Below the pieces are notes generated by a model. That model was not told the origin of the DNA, made no database searches, and saw nothing but the letters and a program-made list of their open reading frames with translations. Positions 43,001 through 52,584 of a stretch of DNA of 64,000 nucleotides are shown in pieces. The DNA lies in the NCBI GenBank assembly GCA_947479645.1, contig CANKAJ010000003.1:4127-68126 (forward strand), read 5' to 3'. Made by a program: the position numbers and the translations under genes. Numbering within the stretch: position 1 is the stretch's first letter; each line of letters begins with the position of its first letter. The DNA is from Betaproteobacteria bacterium. Lineage in GTDB: Bacteria; Pseudomonadota; Gammaproteobacteria; Burkholderiales; SG8-39.

Positions 43001-44096
43001 GCGCCATCGCGGCGCACGCATCCTGCTGGCGGAAGACAACCCCATCAATCGCGAGGTTGCAGGGGAACTGCTGCTCGCCGTGGGTATGGTGGTGGATACC
43101 GCGGAAGATGGGCGGCTGGCGGTGGCGATGGCACAAGCCCATCCCTACGATCTGATTCTGATGGACATTCAGATGCCGCATATGGACGGGCTGACAGCGG
43201 CCCGTGCCATCCGTACTTTACCGGGCTGGGAGAGTCGACCAATACTGGCATTGACCGCCGATGCTTTCGAAGAGGATCGCAGCGCCAGCGCGGCTGCAGG
43301 CATGAATGACTTCATCGTCAAGCCGGTGGACCCGGCCCTGCTCTATGCCAAGTTGCTGCAATGGCTGCCTATCAGGTCCGGCGACCACTCCGACGATGCC
43401 GCTGCAGCAATGCCTGCCCGCGTTCGAATACCGGCTACAGCGCCGGTATTCGAACGCGACCTCAAAGCAACGCTCGCCGGCCTGGCCAGCGAGTTCGACC
43501 TTGACGTGGAGCGAGGCCTGACGTTGATGGGTGGCGATGCCGTCAAGTACCTCGAACTGCTGTGCCGGTTCGCCGAGACACATGCCGATGACATGACACG
43601 GCTGGCTGCGAGCCTGGCCAAAGGCGACCAGGAAACCGCCCGACGGCTGGTGCACACCCTCAAGGGCACGGCAGGCATGTTTGGCTTTGCCAGGCTGAGG
43701 GAAAGGGTGGTGAGACTGGAAGCAACGCTGCGGGAAAATCCACCAGGCAGCCAGCGCGACGCCAGAATGCGCCCTGACATGGATGCCATCAGCCTCGATC
43801 TTGCTGCCCTGGTCGGGGCGCTGCCACCGCCCGCCGCAGTGCCTGCTGCAAAGGGCGGCGCGCCGCTGTCGCTGCAAGCCCTGCGCTCCGTGCTCGACCA
43901 GCTCGACACACTGCTGGCGCAGAGCGACACCGGCGCCATCGCGCTGTTCGAAAAAAATGCCGCCACGCTGTGCGCCAGGCTGGGCAAGCCCGGCGCGCAA
44001 CTCGCGCGCGCGATCGGGCAGTTTGAGTTCGAGGCAGCGAGGAATACATTGCGCTTGGCACGGCTGCAGCTTGCAGAACCGGAGCAGGGAAAATGA
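40005..44096 (+). CDS. Hybrid sensor histidine kinase (2TM-PAS-GAF-PAS-PAS-HisKA-HATPase-REC-Hpt)
   Basis: [45 protein letters not shown], Hpt RLVHTLKG; ATGA overlap with the upstream sensor. Confidence 0.94.
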   Translation: MSAHPPAETSDKATNTAARAPVDVLRVVLAYAIFASLWILLSDTAVSWLFSDPARIVLVSTIKGWLFVVVTSVLLYVLIRRLRDQALAGARQELAAQAEAAGAQQLLAAIADNSSDAIFAKDREGRYLLANRSVERVIGKTAAQIVGQDDSALFPLQAEMIRANDRRVMDENRRMTYEETIDTVEGERTFLATKGPLRDARGQVSGMFGISRDITERHQAALQLAKSQGHLERLSRLYLTLSQSNQAIVRCDSENALFPQICREAVNFGGLKMAWIGLADETGQKVVPVASFGDANDYLTNALISMDAENPRGQGPTATAIRENQPVWCQDFLHDLRTAPWHERGARAGWMASAALPLRRKGVAVGALTLYAGEADFFDDPIQKLLIEMATDVSFAMDSYAAATERKAAEARRLESEALRISEQAAALEAQRRSELAALNLLEDTRAARADAEAAAMALATSEARSRAVTQTAFDAIVTSDSEGNIAGWNNGAQRMFGYAEAQVMGQPMTLLMPQRYREGHLAGMNRLRAGETMRHSGKTIELHGLRQDRSEFPLEFTLARWESDSDWFVTAIMSDISERKAAEDQLRKLSQAVEQSPESILITDVNAHIEYVNQAFVDSTGYSREELLGKNPRVLHSGKTPPEAYAEMWRELGNGRPWKGHLHNRRKDGSEYDEFAIITPLRGPDGTVTHYVGVKDDVTEKKRIGEELDRYRFHLVELVNTRTTELNFARQQADAANLAKSAFLANMSHEIRTPMNAIIGLSHLMRRSGVTPEQAQRLDKIDGAGRHLLSIINDILDLSKIEADRLQLESTDFHLSDILDAVASIITEPARDKGLHIEVDAGSVPRWLHGDPTRVRQAFLNYAGNAVKFTDKGTISLRARLLRNESLPGAPEHKAGELLVRFEVQDTGIGIPSEMRGRLFRAFEQGDASTARTFGGSGLGLAISRRLARLMGGDVGVDSEPGMGSTFWFTARLQPGLGAQPAETAASKTKDVEQQLLLRHRGARILLAEDNPINREVAGELLLAVGMVVDTAEDGRLAVAMAQAHPYDLILMDIQMPHMDGLTAARAIRTLPGWESRPILALTADAFEEDRSASAAAGMNDFIVKPVDPALLYAKLLQWLPIRSGDHSDDAAAAMPARVRIPATAPVFERDLKATLAGLASEFDLDVERGLTLMGGDAVKYLELLCRFAETHADDMTRLAASLAKGDQETARRLVHTLKGTAGMFGFARLRERVVRLEATLRENPPGSQRDARMRPDMDAISLDLAALVGALPPPAAVPAAKGGAPLSLQALRSVLDQLDTLLAQSDTGAIALFEKNAATLCARLGKPGAQLARAIGQFEFEAARNTLRLARLQLAEPEQGK

Positions 44097-44280
44097 TTGT
44101 TGCGTTAAGCCGTTTTACCATTCGCTGCAACGATGAGCAAAGCTACCGCCAATGGCACCGCGAACATGCCTGCCATGAGGCGCACAAGAGCATTCCCAAG
44201 GAACTCAAACTGGTACCCGGCAGCGCCGAGGTCCGGTTGCTTGAAATATTCACTGATTGACAAAGGAAAACCCTGTGAGC

Positions 44281-45341
44281 ATGGATGAATCACAGAAATT
44301 ACTGGGGCCGGACGCACTGCAGCGCTTCCACGCCATGCGCAGCGATGCGGTCAGCGCGGTGACAGCGCGCTTTTACGCCACACCGGGTTCGGCTTATGAG
44401 CGATTCGGGCCGCGCGGACGCGAGGCCTGCCAAGAGGATCTGGCATTTCATCTGGAGTTTCTGCGGCCGGCGCTGGAGTTCGGACTGCTGCAGAATATTT
44501 GATCTGGCTGGGCAGTGTGCTCGCCGCTCGCGCGGTTCCAACCGAACATCTGGCACTGTCACTGGAATGGCTGGCTGAATTTTTCGTCTCGCACATGAAT
44601 GCCGAGGATGGCGCGTTGGTCAGCGCCAGGCTGCACGCGGCGCGGATTAAATTTCTGAATGCCGGATCTACACCAGCGCAGCCTCCCGTGCCACCGGACG
44701 CCTGGCCGGAGACCGCTGAATTCGAAGCCGCATTGCTGGCGGGCAATCAGCGCGAGGCATTGTCCGTCCTCACCCGTTGCCTGGATCGCGGCCACAGCCT
44801 CGTTCAGGCCGAACTGCACATCATCCAGCCTGCGCTCTACCACATTGGAGCGCAATGGCAGGCGAACCAGGTCTCCGTGGCGCAGGAGCACATGGCGACG
44901 GCCATCGCGCAGTCGGTGATGACCGTGGGTTTGCTGCGTTCGGTGCTGCCGGCGCCGGTCAACAAACGCGTACTGCTCGCCTGTGTCGAGGGCAACAACC
45001 ACACCGTCGGCCTGCGCATGGTGGCCGATGCCTTTGAACTCGCCGGCTGGGACGTACAGTATCTCGGCGCCAATGTGCCCACGGTGGCACTGGTAAAACA
45101 GGCGGCGGAATGGAAGCCCGATCTGGTTGGATTGTCGGTTTCTTTTGCGCAGCAAATGTCGGCGGTCAGAGCAGCCATCACCCAACTTGATGAGCGCCTG
45201 GGTGATGCGCGACCGGCGGTAATGATAGGAGGCCTCGCCATCAACCGATTCAGGCCGCTGGCCGGCGTGGCGGGTGCGGATGGATACAGCGCGGATGCGC
45301 AGGCCGCGGTGGACAATGCCGGCCAGGTTGTGCGCAAGTAG
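44281..45341 (+). pseudogene. Frameshifted globin/phycobiliprotein-like + cobalamin-binding protein
   Basis: Frame 1 (44281-) ends ...REACQEDLAFHLEFLRPALEFGLLQ; frame 2 resumes at about 44493 EYLIWL... with W-x9-EH (WQANQVSVAQEH), NNHTVG, YLGANVP, LVGLSVS, MIGG. Confidence 0.8.
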
Positions 45342-46330
45342 CCCTTTCCTGATCCCGACTGAACTTGGTCCATTGCTCGCTGTCGCGGCAGCGACGCTGA
45401 GTGAAGATGGCATTCTGCTCAAAGGCAATGCCGGTTTTCTCAGACTGATCGGCACGGACAGACCGCAGCCGATCGGAACGCACGTGGCCGAACTTTTCAT
45501 TCAGCCGGATTTTGCCACTCTACTGCATGCCTGCCCTGGTACGAACGGAGAAATTCACCACGGGCTGCTGAAGCTGGGAGAATAAACTGTTATTTTCCAG
45601 TGAAGTTGATCCGGCACTACCCCTCCTTCTGTGCGGGGATGCCCGCGACTGGGCCTGGTGCTCACCAATCTGGCCGACAACGCCGTCAAATACTCCGATC
45701 ACGGTCGCATCACTTTGCGCGCGAGCCTCGCCGAGCCCGCTGCCCATGTCAAAACTAGCGTGAATGCGGAACCCCACGCCGACAGCTTGCAGGTACGCTT
45801 CGAGATCGAAGATCAGGGCATCGGCATCAGCACGGAGCACCAGGCAATCCTGTTCAATGCCTTCGAGCAAGCGGACATCTCTTCCACGCGCAAGTATGGC
45901 GGCCTCGGCCTGGGACTGGCGCTGTGCAAGCGCCTGACCGAACTGATGGGAGGCACAATCGATGTCCGCTGCATACCAGGGCAAGGCAGCACCTTCTGGA
46001 TTACGGTCCCGCTGCGGCGAGCAATGGATGCCCACTCGGCCAAAGGCGTCGCCCCTGCAGACCGCTCAAAGGAGATATCTACTCCATTTACGCCGGCCCC
46101 CTCCTGCTGACACTCCGAGTCTGGACGCGCAATCACTGAGTGCGCTGCTTGACCAGCTTGACGCGCTGTTGACGCAAGGCGATATCACCGCCATATCGCT
46201 GCTTGATGCGCATGCCGTCGCGCTGCGAGTCGCCCTCGGCACCGCTTATGGGGAACTCGCAGGCAACATCAGGCAGTATCAGTTTGAAGCAGCACAATCA
46301 GTCTTGCGGGCCACACGGTCCGGCCCATGA
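45328..46330 (+). pseudogene. Mosaic remnant: PAS-like fragment, frameshifted HATPase fragment and hybrid-kinase C-terminal fragment
   Basis: 45328-45585 PAS-like; about 45600-46030 ...LCGDA/RLGLVLTNLADNAVKY...DQGIG...GGLGLGL with no H-box; about 46090-46330 LDQLDALL.QGD..A..L resembling the tail of the 40005 kinase. Confidence 0.75.
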
Positions 46331-46492
46331 TGGTGCCAACAAACACACTTCATTTCGCAAAACCATCAGCCGCCTAAAAGGCGACATATTTGATAATAAT
46401 AATCTCATTAATACTTGTATTACATTGCAATATTATTGAATTTGATCACTTCCATTCAATTCACTGCCAACCCGGGTGGTTGATGCTTTCTT

Positions 46493-47797
46493 TCAGATGG
46501 TCTTCCGATTGCCTTGGACTAACAGCGGGAAGAAGCTCCGGTCTGCAGAAAAAAGATGGTGCGCAACAACATCATTGGCCAGAAACTCAATGAGACCGCC
46601 CAGCGTTCCCTTGCCGGCAGTCGCATCCGCCTTCAACTCGTATGCTCGTTTCAGCAGGGCAGCATGCGCGCGCTTGTGCGCCCCCAGATGGACATAATGG
46701 TGCTGCTCCAGCAGCGCTTCCTCGTGAGTGAAGTGATGCACGATGTGGGTAATCAGCCGATCCAGCGCGGCATCGAATACGTCGGGGGAAGCTTCCTTGT
46801 TGAAGGATGCGGCCATGAGCGCATTGGCCAGATTAAAAAGCTCACGATGCTGTCCGTCGATGGTCGGCTCGCCGCATTCGTAGGCTTCGGTCCACACCAG
46901 ATGCAGCGCGGAAGCACCACTGGCCGCCGCCCACCTGTCGGAACTGCCCCTGCGATCGACGCGGATGCAGTTGCGTCCGCTTTCCTTGGCCGAATACAAG
47001 GCCGCGTCAACCCTGGAAAACCATTCCTGCACACTTTCGCTTCCCACATGTTCGGCCACGCCCAGGCTGATGGTGACCTGACCGACCGTCGCAAAGGAGT
47101 GCCGCTCAACCTTTGCTCTCAAGGCATCGGCCATGAGAGCCGCATGCCGGTAGCCCGTGGCCGCGGTAAGCACGACAAATTCTTCACCTCCCCATCTGAA
47201 CAAGGTATCCGCGCTACGGATGGACTCCTTGACGAAATTGACCATCTCGACCAATACCGAGTCACCGACCTGATGGCCAAAGCGATCATTGACTCGTTTG
47301 AAATGATCAATATCGATCAGCACCAGAGACAAGGGCTGCCTGAACCGCAGGCTGCGGCTGAGTTCGGACTCCACCATTCGATCCAGATGCGCCCGGTTCC
47401 AGGCCCCGGTCAATTGGTCGGTGGCGCTGAGTTTTTCCAGTTCAAGAATTCGCTGGTAAAGATGTTCAACGTCGGCGCCCCGGGCAACGCCGGGAAACTC
47501 ATTAATGACCAGCAGCACGCCATTGTGCAGCCGGGAAGAATGCGCCCGCGCCTCGCATTCGTGTCCATTGCGGTCCACAAGTCGCAGCACGTACTCCTTG
47601 TCTGCAGCGTGCTCCATCACCGAGCGCAGAAAATCGTGAGTAAGGCTACCCACCTCACAATAGCGATTGAATTGGTCGTTCGAGATCTCGATACGACCGT
47701 TCGCATCAAGCAGTGCCAAGGGGAGAGGAAAGTCCCGGACAAGTTCCTGCACATCGGGATTGGGTCCAGTGGAAGCACCAGTCCTATTCATTTCCAT
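46493..47797 (-). CDS. Diguanylate cyclase with C-terminal bacteriohemerythrin domain
   Basis: DIDHFKRVND.FGH, RSAD I-site, GGEEF; hemerythrin IDGQH, HFTHEE, HKRAH, HLFSAD. Confidence 0.92.
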   Translation of the reverse strand: MEMNRTGASTGPNPDVQELVRDFPLPLALLDANGRIEISNDQFNRYCEVGSLTHDFLRSVMEHAADKEYVLRLVDRNGHECEARAHSSRLHNGVLLVINEFPGVARGADVEHLYQRILELEKLSATDQLTGAWNRAHLDRMVESELSRSLRFRQPLSLVLIDIDHFKRVNDRFGHQVGDSVLVEMVNFVKESIRSADTLFRWGGEEFVVLTAATGYRHAALMADALRAKVERHSFATVGQVTISLGVAEHVGSESVQEWFSRVDAALYSAKESGRNCIRVDRRGSSDRWAAASGASALHLVWTEAYECGEPTIDGQHRELFNLANALMAASFNKEASPDVFDAALDRLITHIVHHFTHEEALLEQHHYVHLGAHKRAHAALLKRAYELKADATAGKGTLGGLIEFLANDVVAHHLFSADRSFFPLLVQGNRKTI

Positions 47798-47842
47798 CCG
47801 AAGTTCTCTCTGTGCTCTGAAGCCCCAAAACCCGAGTCTGGC

Positions 47843-48871
47843 TCAGCCCAATTTATGCAGACCAACCCGCTGTTCGATGGCACGCCGCCCGGCTGGCGTG
47901 GTCATCAGAACCAGCGTATTACCCCCAGCCACCGCAAAGTGTTCCTCCGGATTGAACACCCACTCGCCACCGGCCTTCACTGCCATCAGCACGTAGTCGC
48001 GACTTTTTGGCACCAGCCTCGCCAGGGTCTCGCCTGCGAATTCTTCCGGCACTTCGACCTCCTCAACGCGCAAGCCACGGTCCGTACGCAGCATTTCGTC
48101 AAGAAAGCTCACCACCTGCGGACGGATCATGGATGAGGCGATGCGCATGCCTCCGGTAAAGTCAGGCGACACAATGGCATCCGCGCCGACTCTGCGAATC
48201 TTTTCGATGTAATTCACCTCGTGGCAGCGGGCCACGATGCGGGCAGCCCCATTGAGTTGCTTGGCCGACAGGGTGATGACCAGATTCTTGGCGTCATCCC
48301 CCGTGACGGCAAACACACCGGCTGCGCGCTGAATGCCAGCCTGCTCGAGCAACTCGTCCTCGCTGGCATCACCATGCAGGAAGGAGGTGTCCGGAAAACG
48401 CTCCCGATAGGCGTCAATATGCGCCTGATTGGTGTCAATGACGATGTAGTGACGCCCGGTCAGCGCCAATTCATGCGCGACGTTGCTGCCCACCCGGCCG
48501 ATGCCGCACACAATGTAATGCTGCTTCAGTTCCGACATGCGCTTGAGCATCTTCTGCCTCCTCAGTATCAAATTGAGCTCACCTGCAACCAGGGACGTGG
48601 TCATTTTCGCCATCATGTAATACACGATGGCCATGCCAGTCGCGGCAATGAACACCGTAAACAACCGCCCCACCTCACTATGAGTCAGATCGACGATCTC
48701 ACCATAGCCGATGGTCGCGACCGTAATAAAGGTCATGTAAAAGCAGTCCACCATCGAGTACTGCGGTCCACCGATAATCCGATAGCCGATGGTTCCAACG
48801 ACATGGACGAGCACCAGCGCCGCCAGTGGCCCGGCGAAGGTGGCATAGAAGGACTTGATCAGCGAGTTCAT
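47843..48871 (-). CDS. Potassium channel protein with RCK (TrkA-N/C) domains
   Basis: Selectivity filter TVATIGYGE, HYIVCGIGRVG, GDAS, GADAIVSP. Confidence 0.92.
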   Translation of the reverse strand: MNSLIKSFYATFAGPLAALVLVHVVGTIGYRIIGGPQYSMVDCFYMTFITVATIGYGEIVDLTHSEVGRLFTVFIAATGMAIVYYMMAKMTTSLVAGELNLILRRQKMLKRMSELKQHYIVCGIGRVGSNVAHELALTGRHYIVIDTNQAHIDAYRERFPDTSFLHGDASEDELLEQAGIQRAAGVFAVTGDDAKNLVITLSAKQLNGAARIVARCHEVNYIEKIRRVGADAIVSPDFTGGMRIASSMIRPQVVSFLDEMLRTDRGLRVEEVEVPEEFAGETLARLVPKSRDYVLMAVKAGGEWVFNPEEHFAVAGGNTLVLMTTPAGRRAIEQRVGLHKLG

Positions 48872-48938
48872 TTGCAATAACTGGGTTTATCTCACGCGAC
48901 CCGACATCCTAAGCTTACGAATAGGCTTCCAGCAAGCA

Positions 48939-48952
48939 TTGATCCGAATCAA
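48939..48952. promoter_or_regulatory. FNR/ANR consensus box
   Basis: TTGAT-CCGA-ATCAA, perfect match; minus-strand TAAGCT (-10-like) at 48917-48912. Confidence 0.75.
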
Positions 48953-49083
48953 AATAACTGCTCAGTGGCATGGCGGGGCATCAAGACGTGTATTTGGCGA
49001 TTGACTGCAACGTCCGGCAGCGTAGATACTTCGCGCCTGTTGTCGATATTTATGGCCCATTATTTCAATACTGGAAAATTGGC

Positions 49084-50067
49084 ATGTTCATACATAAACA
49101 CAGCCGCAGAAACATGCTTTCCCTGCTTATTGCCGCCCTGCCAGTCCTGATTCCGAGGCCAGCGGTCGCACAAGCCTTTCCGGGAAAGGCCATTCACGCG
49201 ATCATTCCATTCTCTGCCGGTGGCGCTGTCGATGTGCCTGCACGCGTACTCGGCCCCAAGCTCCAGGAAATCTGGGGCCGTCCCTTCGTCATGGACAATC
49301 GGCCTGGCGCGGGAGGAACCATCGGCGCCGCGGAAGTGGCTCGCTCGGCACCCGATGGGCATACTCTGCTGTTCGTGTCCAACACGCATCTGATCAGCGC
49401 CAGTCTCTACCCCAACCTGCCTTATGACGGCGTGCGTGACTTCACGCCCATCATCGAAATGGGATCAGCACCCAATGTGGTGGTGGTCAACCCGGCGCTC
49501 GGACCACGCACGCTGGTGGAACTGTTTGCACTCGCCAAGACCCGGCCCGGCCAGATCAGCTATGCCTCCTCCGGCAACGGCAGCACCCAGCATCTGCTGG
49601 GGGCGCACCTGTGGTCATTGGGCGGAGTAAGCCTGCTGCACGTGCCCTACAAGGGCAGCGGCCCTGCCACTCAGGATTTGCTGGGTGGACGCGTGGATGC
49701 CAGCGTGCCGGGCGTCAACAACGTGTTGCAGCACATCAAGAGCGGAAAACTGCGTGCGCTGGCAGTGACCGGGGCAAATAGATCACGCGACCTGCCGGAT
49801 GTGCCGTCGGTCGCGGAGACCTTTCCGGGATACGAGGGTTCGCTGTGGATGGGTTTGCTGGGTCCGGCCAACATGCCGCGTGAACTGGTGACCCGCATAC
49901 ACAGGGATGTTTCCACCGCGCTGGCGTCCGAGGACGTCAAGCGCGGCATCAATGGAGCGGGCTTCGACATCGAAATCCGCTCTCCGGAGCAGTTCAGCAA
50001 GCTGTTGCTCAGTGAGCAGCAGCGCTGGTCCAAAGTCATTAAAGAAACAGGAGCGAAGGTTGACTGA
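49084..50067 (+). CDS. Bug/TctC family substrate-binding protein
   Basis: IIPFSAGGAVD, DNRPGAGG, PDGHTLL, SYASSGNG, HVPYKG; start uncertain. Confidence 0.9.
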   Translation: MFIHKHSRRNMLSLLIAALPVLIPRPAVAQAFPGKAIHAIIPFSAGGAVDVPARVLGPKLQEIWGRPFVMDNRPGAGGTIGAAEVARSAPDGHTLLFVSNTHLISASLYPNLPYDGVRDFTPIIEMGSAPNVVVVNPALGPRTLVELFALAKTRPGQISYASSGNGSTQHLLGAHLWSLGGVSLLHVPYKGSGPATQDLLGGRVDASVPGVNNVLQHIKSGKLRALAVTGANRSRDLPDVPSVAETFPGYEGSLWMGLLGPANMPRELVTRIHRDVSTALASEDVKRGINGAGFDIEIRSPEQFSKLLLSEQQRWSKVIKETGAKVD

Positions 50068-50995
50068 TAATCTGAATACTGTAGTTGGCATATCGGAAGT
50101 ACGCGGCACCGAACATTGGACCAAGAAGGGTGATGTCCGCCTGTTCATGTGGCACAAGGTCGCCGTTGCGCCCGCCCAGGTGCGTGGCACCATACTGTTC
50201 GTGCATGGCTCGTCCATGGCCTCACAGCCCACTTTTGATCTGAAGGTGCCCGGGCGTGACGACGCATCCGTCATGGACTGGTTCGCACAGCGCGGATTTG
50301 AGTGCTGGTGCGTGGATATGGAAGGCTACGGCCGCTCGGACAAGACCAGACCGATCAACAGCGACATTGCCAACGGCGCCGATGATCTGGCGGCAGCGAG
50401 CGAGTACATCCTGAAACTCAATGGCGGCAAGGCACTGCTCGTCTATGGCATCTCATCAGGAGCCCTGCGCGCGGCAGCATTCGCAGCGCAGCATCCGGAC
50501 AGGGTCAAGCGCATTGCGCTGGACGCATTTGTCTGGACCGGCGAAGGCAGCCCGACGCTGGCCGATCGAAAGAAGAAATTGCCCGATTTCATCGCAAAGA
50601 ATCGCCGTCCAATCGACCGCGCTTTCGTGCAGTCGATCTTCGAGCGCGATCACCCCGGCTGCGCCGAGGAGGAAGTGATCGAAGCCTTCGCCCAGGCGAT
50701 CCTGGCGCTGGACGACTCCATGCCCACAGGCACATATGTGGACATGTGCTCGAGGCTGCCATTGATGCAACCTGAACAACTCACCATGTCGGTCATGATC
50801 ATGCGCGGCCAATGGGATGGCATTGCCAGTTTTGATGACCTGATCGAGTTCTTCCGGCGCTTACCCAACCCGGACAAGCAGTTCTCGGTCATGCCTGGCA
50901 TTTCACACGCGAGCTTTCAGCAAAAAAATTACCTGCTGGTGTATGACTTGCTGTACGCCTATTTCACGCGAGCCGACCCGGTCTATCTGGGCTGA
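50060..50995 (+). CDS. Alpha/beta-fold hydrolase
   Basis: ILFVHGS, DMEGYGRSD, nucleophile elbow GISSG, MRGQWDG, ISH; TTG start overlapping the upstream stop. Confidence 0.85.
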   Translation: MTDNLNTVVGISEVRGTEHWTKKGDVRLFMWHKVAVAPAQVRGTILFVHGSSMASQPTFDLKVPGRDDASVMDWFAQRGFECWCVDMEGYGRSDKTRPINSDIANGADDLAAASEYILKLNGGKALLVYGISSGALRAAAFAAQHPDRVKRIALDAFVWTGEGSPTLADRKKKLPDFIAKNRRPIDRAFVQSIFERDHPGCAEEEVIEAFAQAILALDDSMPTGTYVDMCSRLPLMQPEQLTMSVMIMRGQWDGIASFDDLIEFFRRLPNPDKQFSVMPGISHASFQQKNYLLVYDLLYAYFTRADPVYLG

Positions 50996-51345
50996 GCGCT
51001 AATACCACAAAGGTACGCAACAGAAATGCTTACCTTTGTGCGGTTGCGAACATATCGCACCCGCCTTCAGGCCTATGCTCGTTTCATGTGGTCCAACCGC
51101 TATTGGTGAAAACCATGAAACGCACCGCAAGCCGCAGCACCAAATCAGTCAAGTTGCCTGTCACCTGGCGCGCGCAGGTTGATTGCATCATTCACTCGAT
51201 GCCATTTGAAGCCAGTTGAAGTCACCGCCATAGAGAAGCTCATCAGAATGGCCGGCCCCCTCTGGTTCTTCACCTGCCTCATTGTTTGCCATGGCGACGC
51301 CTGACAAAAGCATTGCAAGTACTACCAGAACAGGCTCTTTGTCAT

Positions 51346-52584
51346 CTATGCGACCAAGCGCAATGCGCCCTTTTCAACCAATTGCGAAACAACATCCTCG
51401 GCGAATCCGGCGTCACGTGCGATTTCGGCGGTGTGCTCGCCCAACCGGGGAGCAACACCTTGGATCTGCGGCTTAAGCCGTGAAAATCGCACAGGAAACC
51501 CGCGCACTCTCTGACTGCTGCCGTCACGTCCCGGCACGTCCTGCACAATACCCAGCGCAACGGTTTGCGCATGCGCAACCGTCTCGTCAGCACGCATGTA
51601 GCGAGCGGCATTGCCCGTATGCTTGCGGATAATATCGACCAGGGTATCAGCCGAGAATCGGGCAAACTCCTTTTCATAGACCTGCCGCAACGCATTTACA
51701 TCCGTACCGTGGCCGGTCGAATTGCGCCCCCGGTGATCGAAGCGCTTGTCCTGCAGAAGATGTTCCGCGCCGATTTCCTTGACGAACTCCACCCAGCCGG
51801 GCCGCCCTTCAGCGCCCACCGATCCGCCAAAAGAAAAAAAGATGGGCTCGTCCCTGGTTTTCCAACCTCGCTCGGGAGGGAAATTGGCCCCACCGACACG
51901 TGGCCCCGCATAGACATCCGGATCGCATTGCGCAGCGATGTGAATGCTCTTCATGGACAATAGTGAATTCAGCAGCGAAAGGTCAACGCGCTGTCCCTTG
52001 CCGGTGCGTCCGCGCGCGAAAATGGCGGCCAATACCGCCTGGACAGCGAACATGCCAGTCCCGGTCGATGCCACGTCGGCGCCAAGGCGGCGCGCCGGCT
52101 GCCCATGCGTGCCGAGGTATCGTGTATATCCCGCCATGGCCTGTGATGTGAGCTCCGAGCCTTGGTAGTTTCTTATCGGACCATGGCGACCCAGTGGAGA
52201 AATATGCACTCGCACCAGGCGTGGATTTGGCAAATAGGCGTCTTCGCAAAGATCCTCAAGACCCAGCGCGCGCAGTTCCTCATCGCTACGATCGGTGATC
52301 AGAACATCAGCCTTGTGCAACAGCGCGTCGAACAATGCGCGCGCCGACGCAGGATTGGGTCCAAGTGCCAGCGAGCGCTTTCCGCGATTCAGATGAAAGA
52401 AAGACGCGCTGTCGCCACCGCTTTCCCCGTTATTGTCAGGCATGGCCGGGGCGGCGCCTCGCAGCCAGTCTCCTTCGGCGCCTTCGATTTTGATGACACT
52501 GGCCCCCAGTTCAACCAGTCGCGCGCCTGCCATCGGACCAGCAATACCTTGCGCGAATTCGATGATCTGCAGCCCCTTGCTCAC
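51346..52584 (-). CDS. Family III CoA transferase-like subunit lacking the canonical catalytic Asp
   Basis: LGASVIKIE, LNRGKRSL, G.GQRVDLSLL, APRLGEHT; VASTGTG where xxDxxxG is expected; GTG start overlapping the upstream stop. Confidence 0.85.
   Translation of the reverse strand: MSKGLQIIEFAQGIAGPMAGARLVELGASVIKIEGAEGDWLRGAAPAMPDNNGESGGDSASFFHLNRGKRSLALGPNPASARALFDALLHKADVLITDRSDEELRALGLEDLCEDAYLPNPRLVRVHISPLGRHGPIRNYQGSELTSQAMAGYTRYLGTHGQPARRLGADVASTGTGMFAVQAVLAAIFARGRTGKGQRVDLSLLNSLLSMKSIHIAAQCDPDVYAGPRVGGANFPPERGWKTRDEPIFFSFGGSVGAEGRPGWVEFVKEIGAEHLLQDKRFDHRGRNSTGHGTDVNALRQVYEKEFARFSADTLVDIIRKHTGNAARYMRADETVAHAQTVALGIVQDVPGRDGSSQRVRGFPVRFSRLKPQIQGVAPRLGEHTAEIARDAGFAEDVVSQLVEKGALRLVA

Noticed and set aside
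46385-46460. AT-rich patch with a weak Fur-like match
   Set aside because: Only about 13/19 match, and it lies between convergent gene ends with no gene to regulate
46556-48136. 526-aa plus-strand ORF (likewise 60701..62005, 27894..29000, 2218..3342, 41304..42554 and others)
   Set aside because: Antisense shadows of well-supported genes in GC-rich DNA; no recognisable motifs
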